Origin: an uncultured Planctomycetaceae bacterium
GTDB lineage: Bacteria > Planctomycetota > Planctomycetia > Pirellulales > PALSA-1355
NCBI GenBank assembly: GCA_963785305.1
Contig: CAWAUV010000007.1
Location: 352,001 to 416,000, forward strand
DNA: 64,000 bases
Reading direction: 5' to 3'
Shown: piece after piece, positions 10,008 through 20,984 of the stretch
Layout of the letters: each line of letters opens with the position of its first letter
Position numbering within the stretch: position 1 is the stretch's first letter
Notes under the pieces: model-generated
Database searches by the model: none
Seen by the model: only the letters and a program-made list of their open reading frames with translations
Told to the model about the DNA's origin: nothing
Position numbers and translations under genes: made by a program

Positions 10008-10095
10008 ACGCCGCGGAACACGCCTGGGCCGCCGTGCGCCGCAAGTCGTAAGCTTGCGACCGCAAGAAAAAACTCGTCACGAAGGACCGGTAATT

Positions 10096-10500
10096 ATGTT
10101 TCGAGTGACTCGTGAGATTGACTTTTGCTATGGCCATCGGCTGCTGAACTACGAAGGCAAGTGCCGCTATTTGCATGGCCACAATGGCCGGGCCGTGATC
10201 GCGCTCGAAGCCGAAGCGCTCGACGATCGCGGCATGGTGCTCGACTTCTCCGACATCAAGCGCGTCGTGAGTCGCTGGATCGACGACAATCTCGATCATC
10301 GCATGATTCTGCATCGCGACGATCCGGCGGTTCCAGCGCTCGAGCGACTGGGAGAGCCGCTGTTTCTGCTCGATGCGAACCCCACGGCCGAGAGCATCGC
10401 CCGGCTCATTTATGAATTCGCCCGCGACGCCGGTTTCCCGATCGTCGAAGCCCATCTGTGGGAGACCCCGCATTGCTTTGCCAGCTATCGCGACGAATGA
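10096..10500 (+). CDS. queD: 6-carboxy-5,6,7,8-tetrahydropterin synthase
   Basis: FCYGHRL...CRYLHGHN, LDH, NPTAE, WET motifs. Confidence 0.93.
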   Translation: MFRVTREIDFCYGHRLLNYEGKCRYLHGHNGRAVIALEAEALDDRGMVLDFSDIKRVVSRWIDDNLDHRMILHRDDPAVPALERLGEPLFLLDANPTAESIARLIYEFARDAGFPIVEAHLWETPHCFASYRDE

Positions 10501-10519
10501 GCCGCGGGGCGAGCGCATG

Positions 10520-10560
10520 AAAACAGCCCGGGAGACTCCTTGCGGAGCCGTCACCGGGCC
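10520..10560 (-). terminator. Hairpin with a U-tract on the minus strand
   Basis: Minus strand reads GCCCGG-TGACGGCTCCGCAAGGAGTCTC-CCGGGC-TGTTTT. Confidence 0.55.
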
Positions 10561-10802
10561 GTAATCCCCCCTGGGATATCAAAGTGTGCGGTTTTTTCGC
10601 GGCGCCGGCGGGGTGCGCACATGCTCGGCGATGCGTCGTCGGGCGTTGTTCACGCTCGAACGCTTGCGACAAACACAGTATCGGCCATGTTTTGGCGCGA
10701 ACTTTGTCAAACTTTGCCGGTTTTAGGGCCGGTTGCGCCGTTTGTGATTGGTAGCGCGATCGCCGCTGGCTGATCTTGCTGGTTCTTCCATTCTGGAGTA
10801 CT

Positions 10803-10884
10803 TAAGGGCCTTTCCGAGAACTTCGGTGAGCCCTCACCCGCCCCTCTCCCAAAGGGAGAGGGGGAGTTGCCGGATAGGCTCATA
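10803..10884. repeat. ~80-bp MITE/REP composite, copy 1
   Basis: Close match to 42212-42289; ends GGCCT(T/A)TCCGAGAAC...GTTG(C/T)CGGATAGGCTC; internal CCCCTCTCCC-AAA-GGGAGAGGGG hairpin. Confidence 0.8.
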
Positions 10885-11158
10885 AATGCCCCCGCTTGGG
10901 GTCGAACGCGGCGATTCTGGATTCCATTCGCTAGCACGGTTCCGCAAGCGACAAAATGACGTGCGCCCGATTGCCATCATTGCTGGCGGAGTCGGCCGAG
11001 CGACCTTGCTGGTTTTGGTGAATGTATCGATGCTTCCGGCGCCGATGCTCTGGATACGACCCTCGCGACGCTCGGGCCCGAGCGCCGGACGCGATTTTTT
11101 GTGAGCAGGCCCCGCCGGCGAACCTGCTCGACGCGAGGGCGATGAGGCTGCTTTTGCA

Positions 11159-14100
11159 ATGAACCGCTCGCAACGCACCGATCGAACGCCCGGAATGCGC
11201 TTCTTTCCGCTGCTCGGCGTGCTAACGGGCGTGCTCGGAGCGCTGCTCACGCTGCTCTATCTCGCGGCCCGACCCATGCGGCAGGCGCCGATTGCGGGAC
11301 CACCCGACCCGGCCGAGGCGGAGCTCGCCCGACAGACGGAAGAAGTCGCGAAATGGCGGCTCGCCTCGCTCAAGGTAGCTCGGGAAGAAAGCGCCGAGGA
11401 GCTGCGGCGGCTGCGTGGCGAAGTGAGCGAGCTCGAAGCGAAACTCCGCCGGCTGGCCACCGAACGCGAGCGGCTCACGTCGGCGCTTGCCCAAATGGAG
11501 TCGCTCGCCTCGACCTCGACGCAACAAGAAGAAAAGGCCGCCACTCAGCTTGCCGTCTTGCGCGAACAGATTGCGCTCGCCGAGCGACGCTTGGCCGACA
11601 AGCAGCAACAAACGAGTCAGCAAGCGAGCGCCTATTCGGTCGTGCCGTATTTGGGTCGCAATGGCACCAAGCGCCGGCCGATTTATATCGAATGCCGCGG
11701 CGATGAAGTCGTGATTCAGCCCGAAGGCATCGAGTTTCGTGACACCGATTTCAGCGGCCCGCTCGGACCGGGCAATCCGCTCGCCTCGGCCTTGCGCGTG
11801 GCGCGAGATCGCATTCTCGAGGAGCAGCGGGCCAGCGGCGCGGAGCCCGAGGAACCGTATCCCCTCTTGCTGGTGCGGCCCGACGGCGTGGGCGCCTATT
11901 ATTTGGCGCGGCTCGCGATGCAGAGCTGGGGCGCCGAGTTTGGCTACGAATTTATCGGCGAGGACTGGGCGATGGATTACCCGCAAGCCGACCCCACGCT
12001 CAAGGCCGCCGCCGAGCAGGCCGTGGCGGAAGCGCGCGTTCAGCAACAAACACTCGCCGCCGCGGCGCCGCGTCCTTATGGCGGCAAACCGAAGAAAGTA
12101 TTTCACGCCTCGCCCAATGGAGGCGTCGTGGCTGAATCGGCGCCACCCGACGCCGGCCACACCGGGCTCGGCGGCCAACGCAAACGTCGCAAAGCCGACG
12201 CCAGCCCCTATGCCGGCCTCGTGAGTAAACAGCCCGCCAATGGCGCGGCGGCCGCTTATGGCTCGGGCCCCCAGGGCGGCAATGGCTTTCCCTCGGGCGG
12301 CGGCGCTGGAGGGCAACCACCGTATAACTCGCTGGCGGGTGGACCCGGTGGAGGACCGAGCGGGAATGGCCTCGGTGGCAATGGACCGGGTGGCGCCGGC
12401 CCGAATGGCTTTGCGCGGAACGGCTCTGGACCAAATGGTTCCGGCCCAGGCGGCGGCGGACCGAATGGCGTCGGACCAGGCGGCGCTGGGCCAGGCGCCA
12501 ACGGCATCGGTGGAGGCGCTTCGGGCGCCAATGGGCTCGCCTCGAATACCATCGGCGGCGGACCTGGCTCGGGCTCAGGCGCCACTCCCGGCGGCCCGGG
12601 CGTCGGCGCACAACCCGGCGGAGTCAACGGCGGTTTGGGCACGGCCGCCACCCCCGACCCGAACATGTTGGCAAGCGCCGCGGGCGGATCCGCCACGACC
12701 GGCTTCGGCGCCGGCCCCGGTGGGCTCAGCCAAGGCGGCGCCTATGGCCAGGGCGGAGCGAATGGCCAGCAGAATGGAGCTTATGGACAACCCGGCGGCG
12801 CCGGCGGGCCATCCTCGGGCGCTTCCGGTCAAAGCACTCAGATTGGACAATCGTCGGCTTCGGGTCAAAACGGCGCGGGCGCCGGCGACACGGCAAGCGG
12901 CGGAAGCGCCACGGCTGGAGGCGATGCCTCCGGCGCCGGCGGCGATCTCGCATCGGCGGATACATCAACCGATGGTAGTCTCGGTGGCGGATCGATGAGC
13001 GGCGCCGGCGGCAGTCAAACCGGCGGAACGGGATCACAAGGCGTCGGCTCGACGAATTCCGCGGCAATGGCGCCGAGCGCCGGCCTGGGAACCGACCCCT
13101 CGAATTCAAACACCAACCCGTTTGCAAATCCATTCCCCACTCCGGGCGCCGGCGGAAGTCCGCTCGCGGCAAACAACGGCCCGGGCAATTATGGATCGCC
13201 CTCGGCCGGTGGACCCAACAGTCCCGGAGGCGCCAGCGGCGCGAGCGGTGGCGGACAATCGGGTAGCGTCATGCCCGGCGGGGGAGGTCTCGCCTCGGGC
13301 GCGCAGGCTGGTCAAAGCGGCGCGTATGGACCCTCGGGCGGCGCCGGAGCCGGCGGCGCCCCGACTTCGGGCGGCGCTGGAACGAGCGTCGGAGGCAGTG
13401 CGCCGAACCTGCCCGCTGGCGCACAGGCGGCCTCGGGCCTTTCGCCGCAAAGCAGCCCGGGAAACGGCTCGCAAAACAATCCTCAAACCAATCCGGCAGG
13501 CAGCCTAGCGACATCGCCGCCCGGCTCTTCGCTCGCCGCGCAGCCCGATCCGCGGGCTCAAACCGCCGCCGGAATGACCGCCGATGGTTCGCTCGCCTCG
13601 ACCGGGGCCTCGGGCGACGCGAGTCCCGGGACGATCGCCGCTTCGAATCCTGGCGGAGCGTCGAGCTCGGGCGCCACGAGCGGCGTGGTCAGCAGCGGCG
13701 CCGCCGGCCAACCGGCTGGCGTTAGTAGCGGCGCCGCGGGCAGCGGCAGCGCCACCGGGGCCCAGAGCGGTTCGAGCGGCGGGAGCTATGCCGGCGCCAA
13801 ATCCTCGGCCGGAAGTAATAAGGCCGGCGGCGGCGCGGCGGGCGCTGGACAATCGGGCAGCGGCCAAACCTCGCAGGTCAGCACCAGCGCCGGCGCCCGA
13901 TCTCTTTAGCCAAGGCGTCAACCCGGCGCGAAACAATCGTCCCTCGGCGCGATCTCGTCGGCCTACAACAACCCAGGCTCGGCCAGCACTCCGCAAAGCA
14001 ATTCGAGCCCGTCGAACAATTCGTCGGCGTCGAGCAGCGCCGCCGCGAGCGACAACGAGAGCAATTCACCGCAAAATTCGAGTTATTCGAGCAGCGGAGG

Positions 14101-14608
14101 CAGCCCCTCGGACCCGACGCAAATGGCCCAACAGCAGCCGCCGATTCCGAGCCCCACGTTTCAAAGCGGCGATCGAAAACAGCAAACCAAGAAGCGCGAA
14201 TACGATTGGGCGATGCCCGAGGAGGCCCGCTACTCCACGGCCATCGAGCGGCCGGTGGTGGTCGAGTGTCGCGAGGATCGGCTGCTCATCGCCTCGGACA
14301 ACACCACGACCCCGCCGCGTGAAGTGCCCTTTACCGGGACCACCGACGAAGCGGTCGATCCGTTTGTCGCCGCGATTTGGGATCAGACGAAAACCTGGGG
14401 CTACGCCGGCCGCGGTTTCTACTGGCGCCCGACCGTGTCGATGCAAGTGTCGCCGGGTGGAGAAAAACGGTTTCAGGAGCTGAAAGCGCAAATGGCCAAT
14501 AGCGGCATCGTGCTCACCGAACGCACGACGCCCGTGGTCGCGGCGGCGCCTCCGCCGGCCAAGAAGAAGCCACCCAAAAAATCCATCTTCGGTTGGTTCT
14601 ATAAATAA
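11159..14608 (+). CDS. Membrane-anchored coiled-coil protein with a ~650-aa Gly/Ser/Pro-rich linker and two related globular domains (probably one gene with indels near 13875-13925)
   Basis: N-terminal TM FFPLLGVLTGVLGALLTLL; domain 1 RPIYIECRGDEVVI; domain 2 RPVVVECREDRLLI; ORF 14123 is in the same frame as ORF 11159. Confidence 0.75.
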
Positions 14609-15612
14609 TGGTCAAGCCGCGCCGCGAACGAACTACAGTTGGTCTGCTGTTGCCCGCGATCGGCAATCTTGCCGGAGTGCTGGTGATCGTGGCGCTCGTG
14701 CTCGCCGCGCATGCGCGTTCGATGCCCGCGCCGTTGGAGCCGCCGCCCGAGGATTCGACCGCCGAGCTCGATGCCCAATTGGCCGCGATCGGCGACTTGG
14801 AAACCGAAATCGAGCGCGATCGCGAGCAAAGTCGCGGCCTCGCCGAGCTCGGCGGCAAGGAGCTTGCCGACCGGGCCGAACTCGAAGCGGCGGTGAAAGC
14901 CGCCGAAACCGCGCTGGCCACGCGCCGCGCCGCGCTCGACGAAGACACGCGCAAGCAGTTCGATCTCGCCCACGCGCTGACTCAAGCCAGGGCCGAGCTC
15001 GCCCGGCTCGACGCGCTGGAAATGAACTTAAAAGCCCCGCCTAAAAAAGTGGTCCAGGTGCAGAATTTTCCGACGCCGATCGGGAAGCAAGTCGACGGTC
15101 ATGAGTTGCATTTTCAACTCAAGCACAACCGCGTGAGCTATGTGCCGCTCGAGGAGCTGATCGAAAAATTCCGCGCGGTGGCTCAAAACCGCCTCTGGCG
15201 CCTCGAGGGCCAAGATGAGATGGTGGACACGATCGGCCCGCTCGACGGATTCAACTTGCGCTACACCGTGGAGCGCCAAGAAATGGACTGGGAGACGGCC
15301 AAGGCCTCGGGACGCCGCGGCGGCGGATCGCTGATCGTGGTCACGCACTTCGATCTGCTGCCGGTCAGTCAGGACCAAGGCGAAACGCTCCAGCAGGCGC
15401 TGAGCAACACCTCGCAATTTCGCGGAAGGCTCGATGGCCGCCGGCCCGAGGACTGGACCGTGACCCTGTGGGTGTATCCCGAAAGCTTCGAGGAGTTTCG
15501 CGCCATTCGCGCGGAGCTCTATCACCTGGGCTTCGCGATCGCCGGCCGGCCCCTGCCCGAGGGTATTCCCATCGGCGCGTCGCCCGGCGGCAGCAAATCG
15601 TCGGCCGAGTGA
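14608..15612 (+). CDS. Membrane-anchored coiled-coil protein with an ExbD-like C-terminus (Planctomycete conserved hypothetical)
   Basis: TAATG overlap with the upstream gene; N-terminal TM; C-terminal VTLWVYPESFEEFR...GFAIAGRPLP. Confidence 0.8.
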   Translation: MVKPRRERTTVGLLLPAIGNLAGVLVIVALVLAAHARSMPAPLEPPPEDSTAELDAQLAAIGDLETEIERDREQSRGLAELGGKELADRAELEAAVKAAETALATRRAALDEDTRKQFDLAHALTQARAELARLDALEMNLKAPPKKVVQVQNFPTPIGKQVDGHELHFQLKHNRVSYVPLEELIEKFRAVAQNRLWRLEGQDEMVDTIGPLDGFNLRYTVERQEMDWETAKASGRRGGGSLIVVTHFDLLPVSQDQGETLQQALSNTSQFRGRLDGRRPEDWTVTLWVYPESFEEFRAIRAELYHLGFAIAGRPLPEGIPIGASPGGSKSSAE

Positions 15613-15800
15613 TCGCTCGGCCATGAGGGACGGCTCGGTCGCGGTCGCATGCCACGGCCGCGGCGGGAGCCCAAGCGGTTGCACTGTCGCGCGATCGAGC
15701 AATAATCGGGGCTTCTTTTTCCGTGGCGATTGCTCGCTTTCAACGGGGGCGGCGCGCGTCGAATGTTTGGACGAAAGCCCCGTTCACGCCAGTTTCTTCC

Positions 15801-17018
15801 ATGATATTCAACCGGTTTGCCTATTTCTTCTTGTTTCTCCTACCCGCCTCGATTCTGTTTCGGGTCGTGCCGGCGCGGTGGCGTCCTTGGGTTTGCACCG
15901 TGTCGGGTAGCGCCTTTTTCGTGTACTTCTCGGTCACCGAGTTGGCCGGATGGTGGGGCGCGGCCTGTCTCGCGATCTTCTTTTGGGAAGCGATGATCAG
16001 TCGTTTCTATTTCGCGGGCTCGCGGTGGTGTATTTTCGGCTCGCTGATTAGTCTGGCCGCGCTGGGTGTCTTCAAATATTGGAATTTCGCGATTGGCCTG
16101 GGGCGGCCACTGGGCGTTTATCCGTTGTATTGGCCGGGCAGTTTTTTGCCGCTCGGAATTTCTTTCTTCACGTTCGAGTTTATTCATTATGCGATGGATC
16201 GTTACCGAAATCGCACGGAGCGCGGCTCGCTTGCCGAGTATTTGGCGTTTATTTTCTTCTTTCCCACGATGGTGGCTGGCCCGATCAAGCGCTTTCAAGA
16301 TTTTCTTCCCTGCCTCCGGTCGCCCAGCCAGGATTGGCCCACGGACTGGAACCGCGGCTGGACGCGCATCCTGACCGGCTTGGCGAAGAAGTTCGTGCTC
16401 GCCGACACGCTCACTTCCTTGACCGATCATTTGAATACCACCGACATCGCCCAAGCCGAGCGGTGGGCGTTGCCAGTGTGGCTGCTTGCTTTCGGCTGGA
16501 AAATCTACTTCGATTTTTCGGCGTACTCGGACATCGCAATCGGCTCGGGCCGCTTATTCGGGCTGCAAATACCCGAGAATTTCAACTGGCCCTACTTCCG
16601 CCTGAACATCGCCTCGTTCTGGCAGCACTGGCATGTCTCGCTCTACCGCTGGCTGGTGGACTATCTGTTTATTCCGATGGGCGGATCTCGAGGCGGCCTG
16701 CTGGCGACCTGCCGCAACATCGTGATCATCATGCTGGTCAGCGGGCTGTGGCATGGCGCCGGCACGAACTTTCTCGTCTGGGGACTTTGGCACGGCCTCT
16801 TGCTGACGACCCATCGCCTCTGGACCGCCGGACGCGAGCACTTCGCGCGTCGCGAGCCGCCCGGAATCGCCGCGCGACGCGATACCGGGCGCCTAGCATG
16901 GCTCGGCAAATTGGCTGCTTGGCTGCTGACCTATGTGAGCGTAAACTTAGGATGGGCGTTCTTTATCATGGATCTCGATACCGCGATCTTCTTTTTTCGA
17001 CGCTTGCTGGTGGGATAA
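15801..17018 (+). CDS. MBOAT family O-acyltransferase (AlgI/DltB-like)
   Basis: LPLGISFFTF, FFPTMVAGPI, YFDFSAYSDIA, PENFNWPY, FWQHWHVSL, catalytic GLWHG. Confidence 0.93.
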   Translation: MIFNRFAYFFLFLLPASILFRVVPARWRPWVCTVSGSAFFVYFSVTELAGWWGAACLAIFFWEAMISRFYFAGSRWCIFGSLISLAALGVFKYWNFAIGLGRPLGVYPLYWPGSFLPLGISFFTFEFIHYAMDRYRNRTERGSLAEYLAFIFFFPTMVAGPIKRFQDFLPCLRSPSQDWPTDWNRGWTRILTGLAKKFVLADTLTSLTDHLNTTDIAQAERWALPVWLLAFGWKIYFDFSAYSDIAIGSGRLFGLQIPENFNWPYFRLNIASFWQHWHVSLYRWLVDYLFIPMGGSRGGLLATCRNIVIIMLVSGLWHGAGTNFLVWGLWHGLLLTTHRLWTAGREHFARREPPGIAARRDTGRLAWLGKLAAWLLTYVSVNLGWAFFIMDLDTAIFFFRRLLVG

Positions 17019-17049
17019 AATCGCGTGAACACGCTCGGGAGAAGCAGAG

Positions 17050-17232
17050 ATGCGCTCCGTGGACTGGCTTAAACACGCCTTTGAATACCTAGGCGGTGAA
17101 CGCGACGCTCCTCCGCCGGGCTTTCCGCTCGACGGCGGCTCACCGCTCTGGGGCGTGTGGTGGGGAATTCTCGCCGGGCTGATTTGCCTGTTTTCAGGAC
17201 AAGGATCGAAGTTTATTTATATCGATTTTTGA
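17050..17232 (+). CDS. DltX-like small membrane protein (acyl-shuttle motif FIYIDF)
   Basis: 60 aa, one TM helix, C-terminal SKFIYIDF; lies between the MBOAT and DltD-like genes. Confidence 0.75.
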   Translation: MRSVDWLKHAFEYLGGERDAPPPGFPLDGGSPLWGVWWGILAGLICLFSGQGSKFIYIDF

Positions 17233-17320
17233 TTTTTGCTCCGACGTCGCGGGCGAGCTTCGCGATCGAATCTCCTCCGCGCCCGTCGGACCCTCCAAGG
17301 CTTTATTACCGCGCCCCGCC

Positions 17321-18391
17321 ATGAGCCACTCCGAGCGACGTCACTCCGCGGCTTCACGAACAACTCCGCCGGCCGATTCTCGCGCGTTCCAGGGCGGCGG
17401 CTTGACCAAGTCGCCGTGGCTGCAAGCCGCGATCTTCTTGGGGTGCCTCGTGACGATGAACGCGGGAATTCGCTATTTCGCGAGAAACACGGCTCCGCGC
17501 CAGGCGCTGCGAGCAATCGACCATTGCCACGGATGCACCGATGTTTTCATCGGCAACTCGACGTTGCACGATGCACTCAACCTCGCGGTCTACGAAGCCG
17601 CCGCGCCGGGCCGTAAAGCGGTCGACGCGACGCTTTGCGGCTCGACTCCACTCGAGCATTTCCTGTTGTTACGATGCGCCGCGGAGCACTGCCGCCCCAA
17701 AAGAATCTTTGTCGGCTTCGATGAAACCAGCGCCACCGATCCACCAACGGGCGGCTGGAGCGTGATGCATGACTCGCGCGCCATGGCCTGCTACACCGAC
17801 CGTGAATTGGCGCTGCCCTACTATGCCGCCGATGATCCAATCGCCGCCTGGCAAGTGCGGCTCGCGTCGCTGGCCCCAATGGTATACGACCGCTTTCGAG
17901 TCTGGCAGCAGCTAGTTTTCTTCCGGGAGCGATTGAGCCGGATTGGTTTGGTTCCGCGGCCGCGGAAGCCGTTTTATGAAAACCCACCGGCCGCCAACGA
18001 ACCGGAGCTCCGCGAGGCGATCGAGGCTCGGTATCGCCATGTGCTTGACTCGCGAATCGGATTGAGTGCTCCAGTGCGAGACATGTTCGCGGCGGCCGAT
18101 CGAGTCGCCGCGCGCTTGATCTTCGTGCGAGTCGCGGAGTCGGATGTTCATCGGCGAATCTATAATACGCCGAGCGCCGCGGAATATTTGCGCTATGTCA
18201 CATCGCTTCTCGAAGCCAGGGGCGCGATTTGCATTTACGCGCAGCACTGGTTCAAGGACAACGAATTCAACGACTGGATTCACGTGAATCGCGAGGCAGC
18301 CGCCGAGTTTTCGCGACGGCTGGCGACAACGCCTCTCGAAACGCCCTCGACAGAATCGAAGTCTTCCGATGCGAGCATCCGCGCGAAATAG
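17321..18391 (+). CDS. DltD/AlgJ-like SGNH-fold acyltransferase
   Basis: N-terminal TM; FIGNST (block I Ser) and FNDWIHVN (DxxH). Confidence 0.7.
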   Translation: MSHSERRHSAASRTTPPADSRAFQGGGLTKSPWLQAAIFLGCLVTMNAGIRYFARNTAPRQALRAIDHCHGCTDVFIGNSTLHDALNLAVYEAAAPGRKAVDATLCGSTPLEHFLLLRCAAEHCRPKRIFVGFDETSATDPPTGGWSVMHDSRAMACYTDRELALPYYAADDPIAAWQVRLASLAPMVYDRFRVWQQLVFFRERLSRIGLVPRPRKPFYENPPAANEPELREAIEARYRHVLDSRIGLSAPVRDMFAAADRVAARLIFVRVAESDVHRRIYNTPSAAEYLRYVTSLLEARGAICIYAQHWFKDNEFNDWIHVNREAAAEFSRRLATTPLETPSTESKSSDASIRAK

Positions 18392-18401
18392 AGTCAATGA
18401 C

Positions 18402-19852
18402 TCATGTCCCCGCGTTCGTCGCCGTCGCCGCGATGATGCCTGCTTCGGCGGCCAGGCAGATGCGGTCGATCTCTTCCAGCGTCGCCGACAGGGGTGGCAT
18501 CAGCACCACCACATTGCCCAGCGGCCGCAGTAGCGCTCCTTGGGCGCGAGCCACGCGGCAAGCGCGCATCCCGCGCTGCTCGGCCCAAGGATACGGCGTT
18601 TGTTGCTCGCGATCGCTCATCAATTCGATCGCGCCGATCAGCCCGCGCTGGCGCGTGTCGCCCACATGCTCCAGGCGCCCGATGCGGCTTAAGTGCGTCG
18701 CCAGCCGCGCTGCTTTCGCCGGCAAACGCGCGAGCGTGCGTTCTTCATCGAACACATCGAGCGAAGCGAGTGCCGCGGCCGAGGCGAGCGGATTGCCGCC
18801 ATAGGTGTGACCATGGAAAAAGGTCTTCGATTCGGCGAAGGCGCCCAAGAAGGCCCGCCAGATTTCGTTCGTCGCCAGGGTCGCGGCCAGCGGCAGATAA
18901 CCGCCGGTGAGTCCCTTGGCCAGGGCCAGCAGATCGGGCGACACGCCCTCTTGCTCGCAAGCGAATAGTGTGCCCGTGCGGCCGAAGCCCACCGCCACCT
19001 CGTCGGCGATGAGCAGCACATCATGGCGGCGAGTGAGCTCGCGCGCGCCGGCCAGATAGCCTTCGGGGTGCATCACCATGCCGGCCGCGGCTTGCACCAG
19101 CGGCTCGACGACCAGGGCGGCGATCTCGGAATGATGCTCCGCGAGAATCGCCTCGAGGCGGTCGAGATAATACGCCAGCGCGCGCGAGCGATCGACGCCC
19201 GGCGGCAGGCGAACCATGTCGGGCGCGGCGCTCTGAACGCCGGAAACAACAGCGGCTCGAACATCGCATGAAACCGCTCGACCCCGCCCACGCTCACCGC
19301 CCCGAGCGTGTCGCCATGATAGGCGCTCGCCAGCGCCACGAAGCGAGTCTTGGCCGGCCTCGGGTCGGGGCGCTGGCGCCAATATTGAAAGGCCATCTTG
19401 AGCGCCACTTCCACCGCGGTGGCGCCACTGTCGGAGAAGAACACATGGTCGAGACCCGGCGGCGCGAGATCGACCAGTCGCTTGGCGAGGCGAATCGTGG
19501 TGGGGTTCGAAGCGCCGAGCAGCGTGCTATGGGCCACGCGGTCGAGCTGCTCGCGAATGGCGGCGTCGATCCGCGGGTGGCGATGGCCATGGATATTGCA
19601 CCACAAGCTGCTCACGCCATCGAGATATTCGCGCCCCTCGATGTCGACGAGCGTCGTGCCCTGGGCTCGCTCGATGATCAGCGGCTCGTATTCGGCCATT
19701 TGGGTGAAGGCATGCCACACGATCTCGCGATCCCAGGCTCGCAAGCGGTCGAGCTCGTCGGCCGTGCGCCGAGCGGAGTCCGGGAGTTCAGTTGGCGACC
19801 GCCGGGCAGTCGCCAATGGATCAGGCGCATCGGAGGGAGTGCGAGGAGGCAT
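18402..19852 (-). CDS. bioA: Adenosylmethionine-8-amino-7-oxononanoate aminotransferase (frameshift near 19215)
   Basis: WHAFTQM, DGVSSLWCNIHGH, YHGDT, EPLVQAAAGM, DEVAVGFGRTG, AKGLTGGYLPL, FFHGHTY. Confidence 0.93.
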
Positions 19853-19982
19853 GCGAAACCGAAAAAAGATTCAAGGGCAAGGGCGCGAACTCGGAAGGCG
19901 ACGGCGGCCCAATAGCGATGCGACGCCGGCTGGCGATTTCGGCGCCTCGGCTCCCGCGATCCGTGAAGCGGCGACGGCGAAA

Positions 19983-20910
19983 TCAACCGCCGCGGCGGGC
20001 TTGCTCGAAGGCATCGACCCATTCGCGGAATTTGCGGGCGATCTCGGCCACCGCCAAGTTGCGCGTGATCCTGCCGGCCCGCAGCGAGATGATCGGCTCC
20101 AGAAACGTCGAGCGACCGACCGCGAAACCGATGAAACCGGGAACCGACGCGCCGACATTCAGCCACTCGATGACTTTCTTCTCGTCTTCGCCGCGGCCGA
20201 GAATAATGCAACCGACTTGCGCGATTCGGGCCGCCCAATGTATGGCGCCGGGCGGCCTGGGCAACTCGCTCGCAGTCCTCGCGTCGATCGAGCCCTTCGA
20301 CTTTCCATACATCGGGCTCGACTCCGGCGGATTGAAAGGCGTGGATCGTGTCGACCATCAGGCCCGGCCGCACCTCGAGATCATAGACTTTTTTATCGCC
20401 GCCGACGGCATCGAGCTGCGCCTTTTCGGCCGGAACCAGCAGCTCGAACATCAGCATCCGGTTCCGCTGTTTGAGATAATCGTTGAGTTGCTTGAGCCGG
20501 GCCGTTTGACGCGAGTTCATCTCGGCGTCGCCTCGCGGATTGTATCGCACGAGCACTTTGGTGAAGGTGGGATCGAAATCCTCGATGTGCCCCGCGAAGT
20601 CGGGATATTCGAAGTCGTATTCATGCTGACCGCTCTTTTCGGTCGGCATGCAGACCAGGTAACCCTGCTTGTGGGCATCTCGCAAGATATCGGCGCCGAA
20701 TTCCTCGTCGACCAGAATCGCGCTCTGATCCTTGCGCACGCCCTCGGCCACGGCCAACTGATAGCCCTCGTAAATCACTTGCTTGCTCTGGGCCACGATC
20801 GAAATCTGGTCGCGATTCATCGGCTCATGAAAGCCGAATACATCGGCGCCGTAGGAATGGCGATGGTCGAACGGAAGCACATAGAGCGAGTTATCGTATC
20901 CGAGAACCAT
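19983..20910 (-). CDS. DUF2090 / IolC C-terminal-like aldolase-fold protein (frameshift near 20240)
   Basis: LYVLPFDHR, ILVDEEFG, KVLVRYNP, EPDVWKVEG, IILGRG, GFAVGRSTF. Confidence 0.85.
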
Positions 20911-20984
20911 GATGCGGCTCCTCGATTCTATTTGTCTATTCGCGGTGTTCGAGTGGGGGGACTGGCCTCGCGCAACAGGCGCCG

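Noticed and set aside
9299..10500. queC-queD as part of a Dpd or QatABCD-type defence/DNA-modification system
   Set aside because: No dpdA/tgt-like, TatD or ATPase genes are adjacent; ordinary preQ0 biosynthesis is the simpler reading.
13907..13909. In-frame TAG between ORF 11159 and ORF 14123, suggesting amber readthrough
   Set aside because: A third frame gives protein-like APAPAPDLFSQGVNP across the site, so two nearby indels explain it. Errors of this kind are common in the window.
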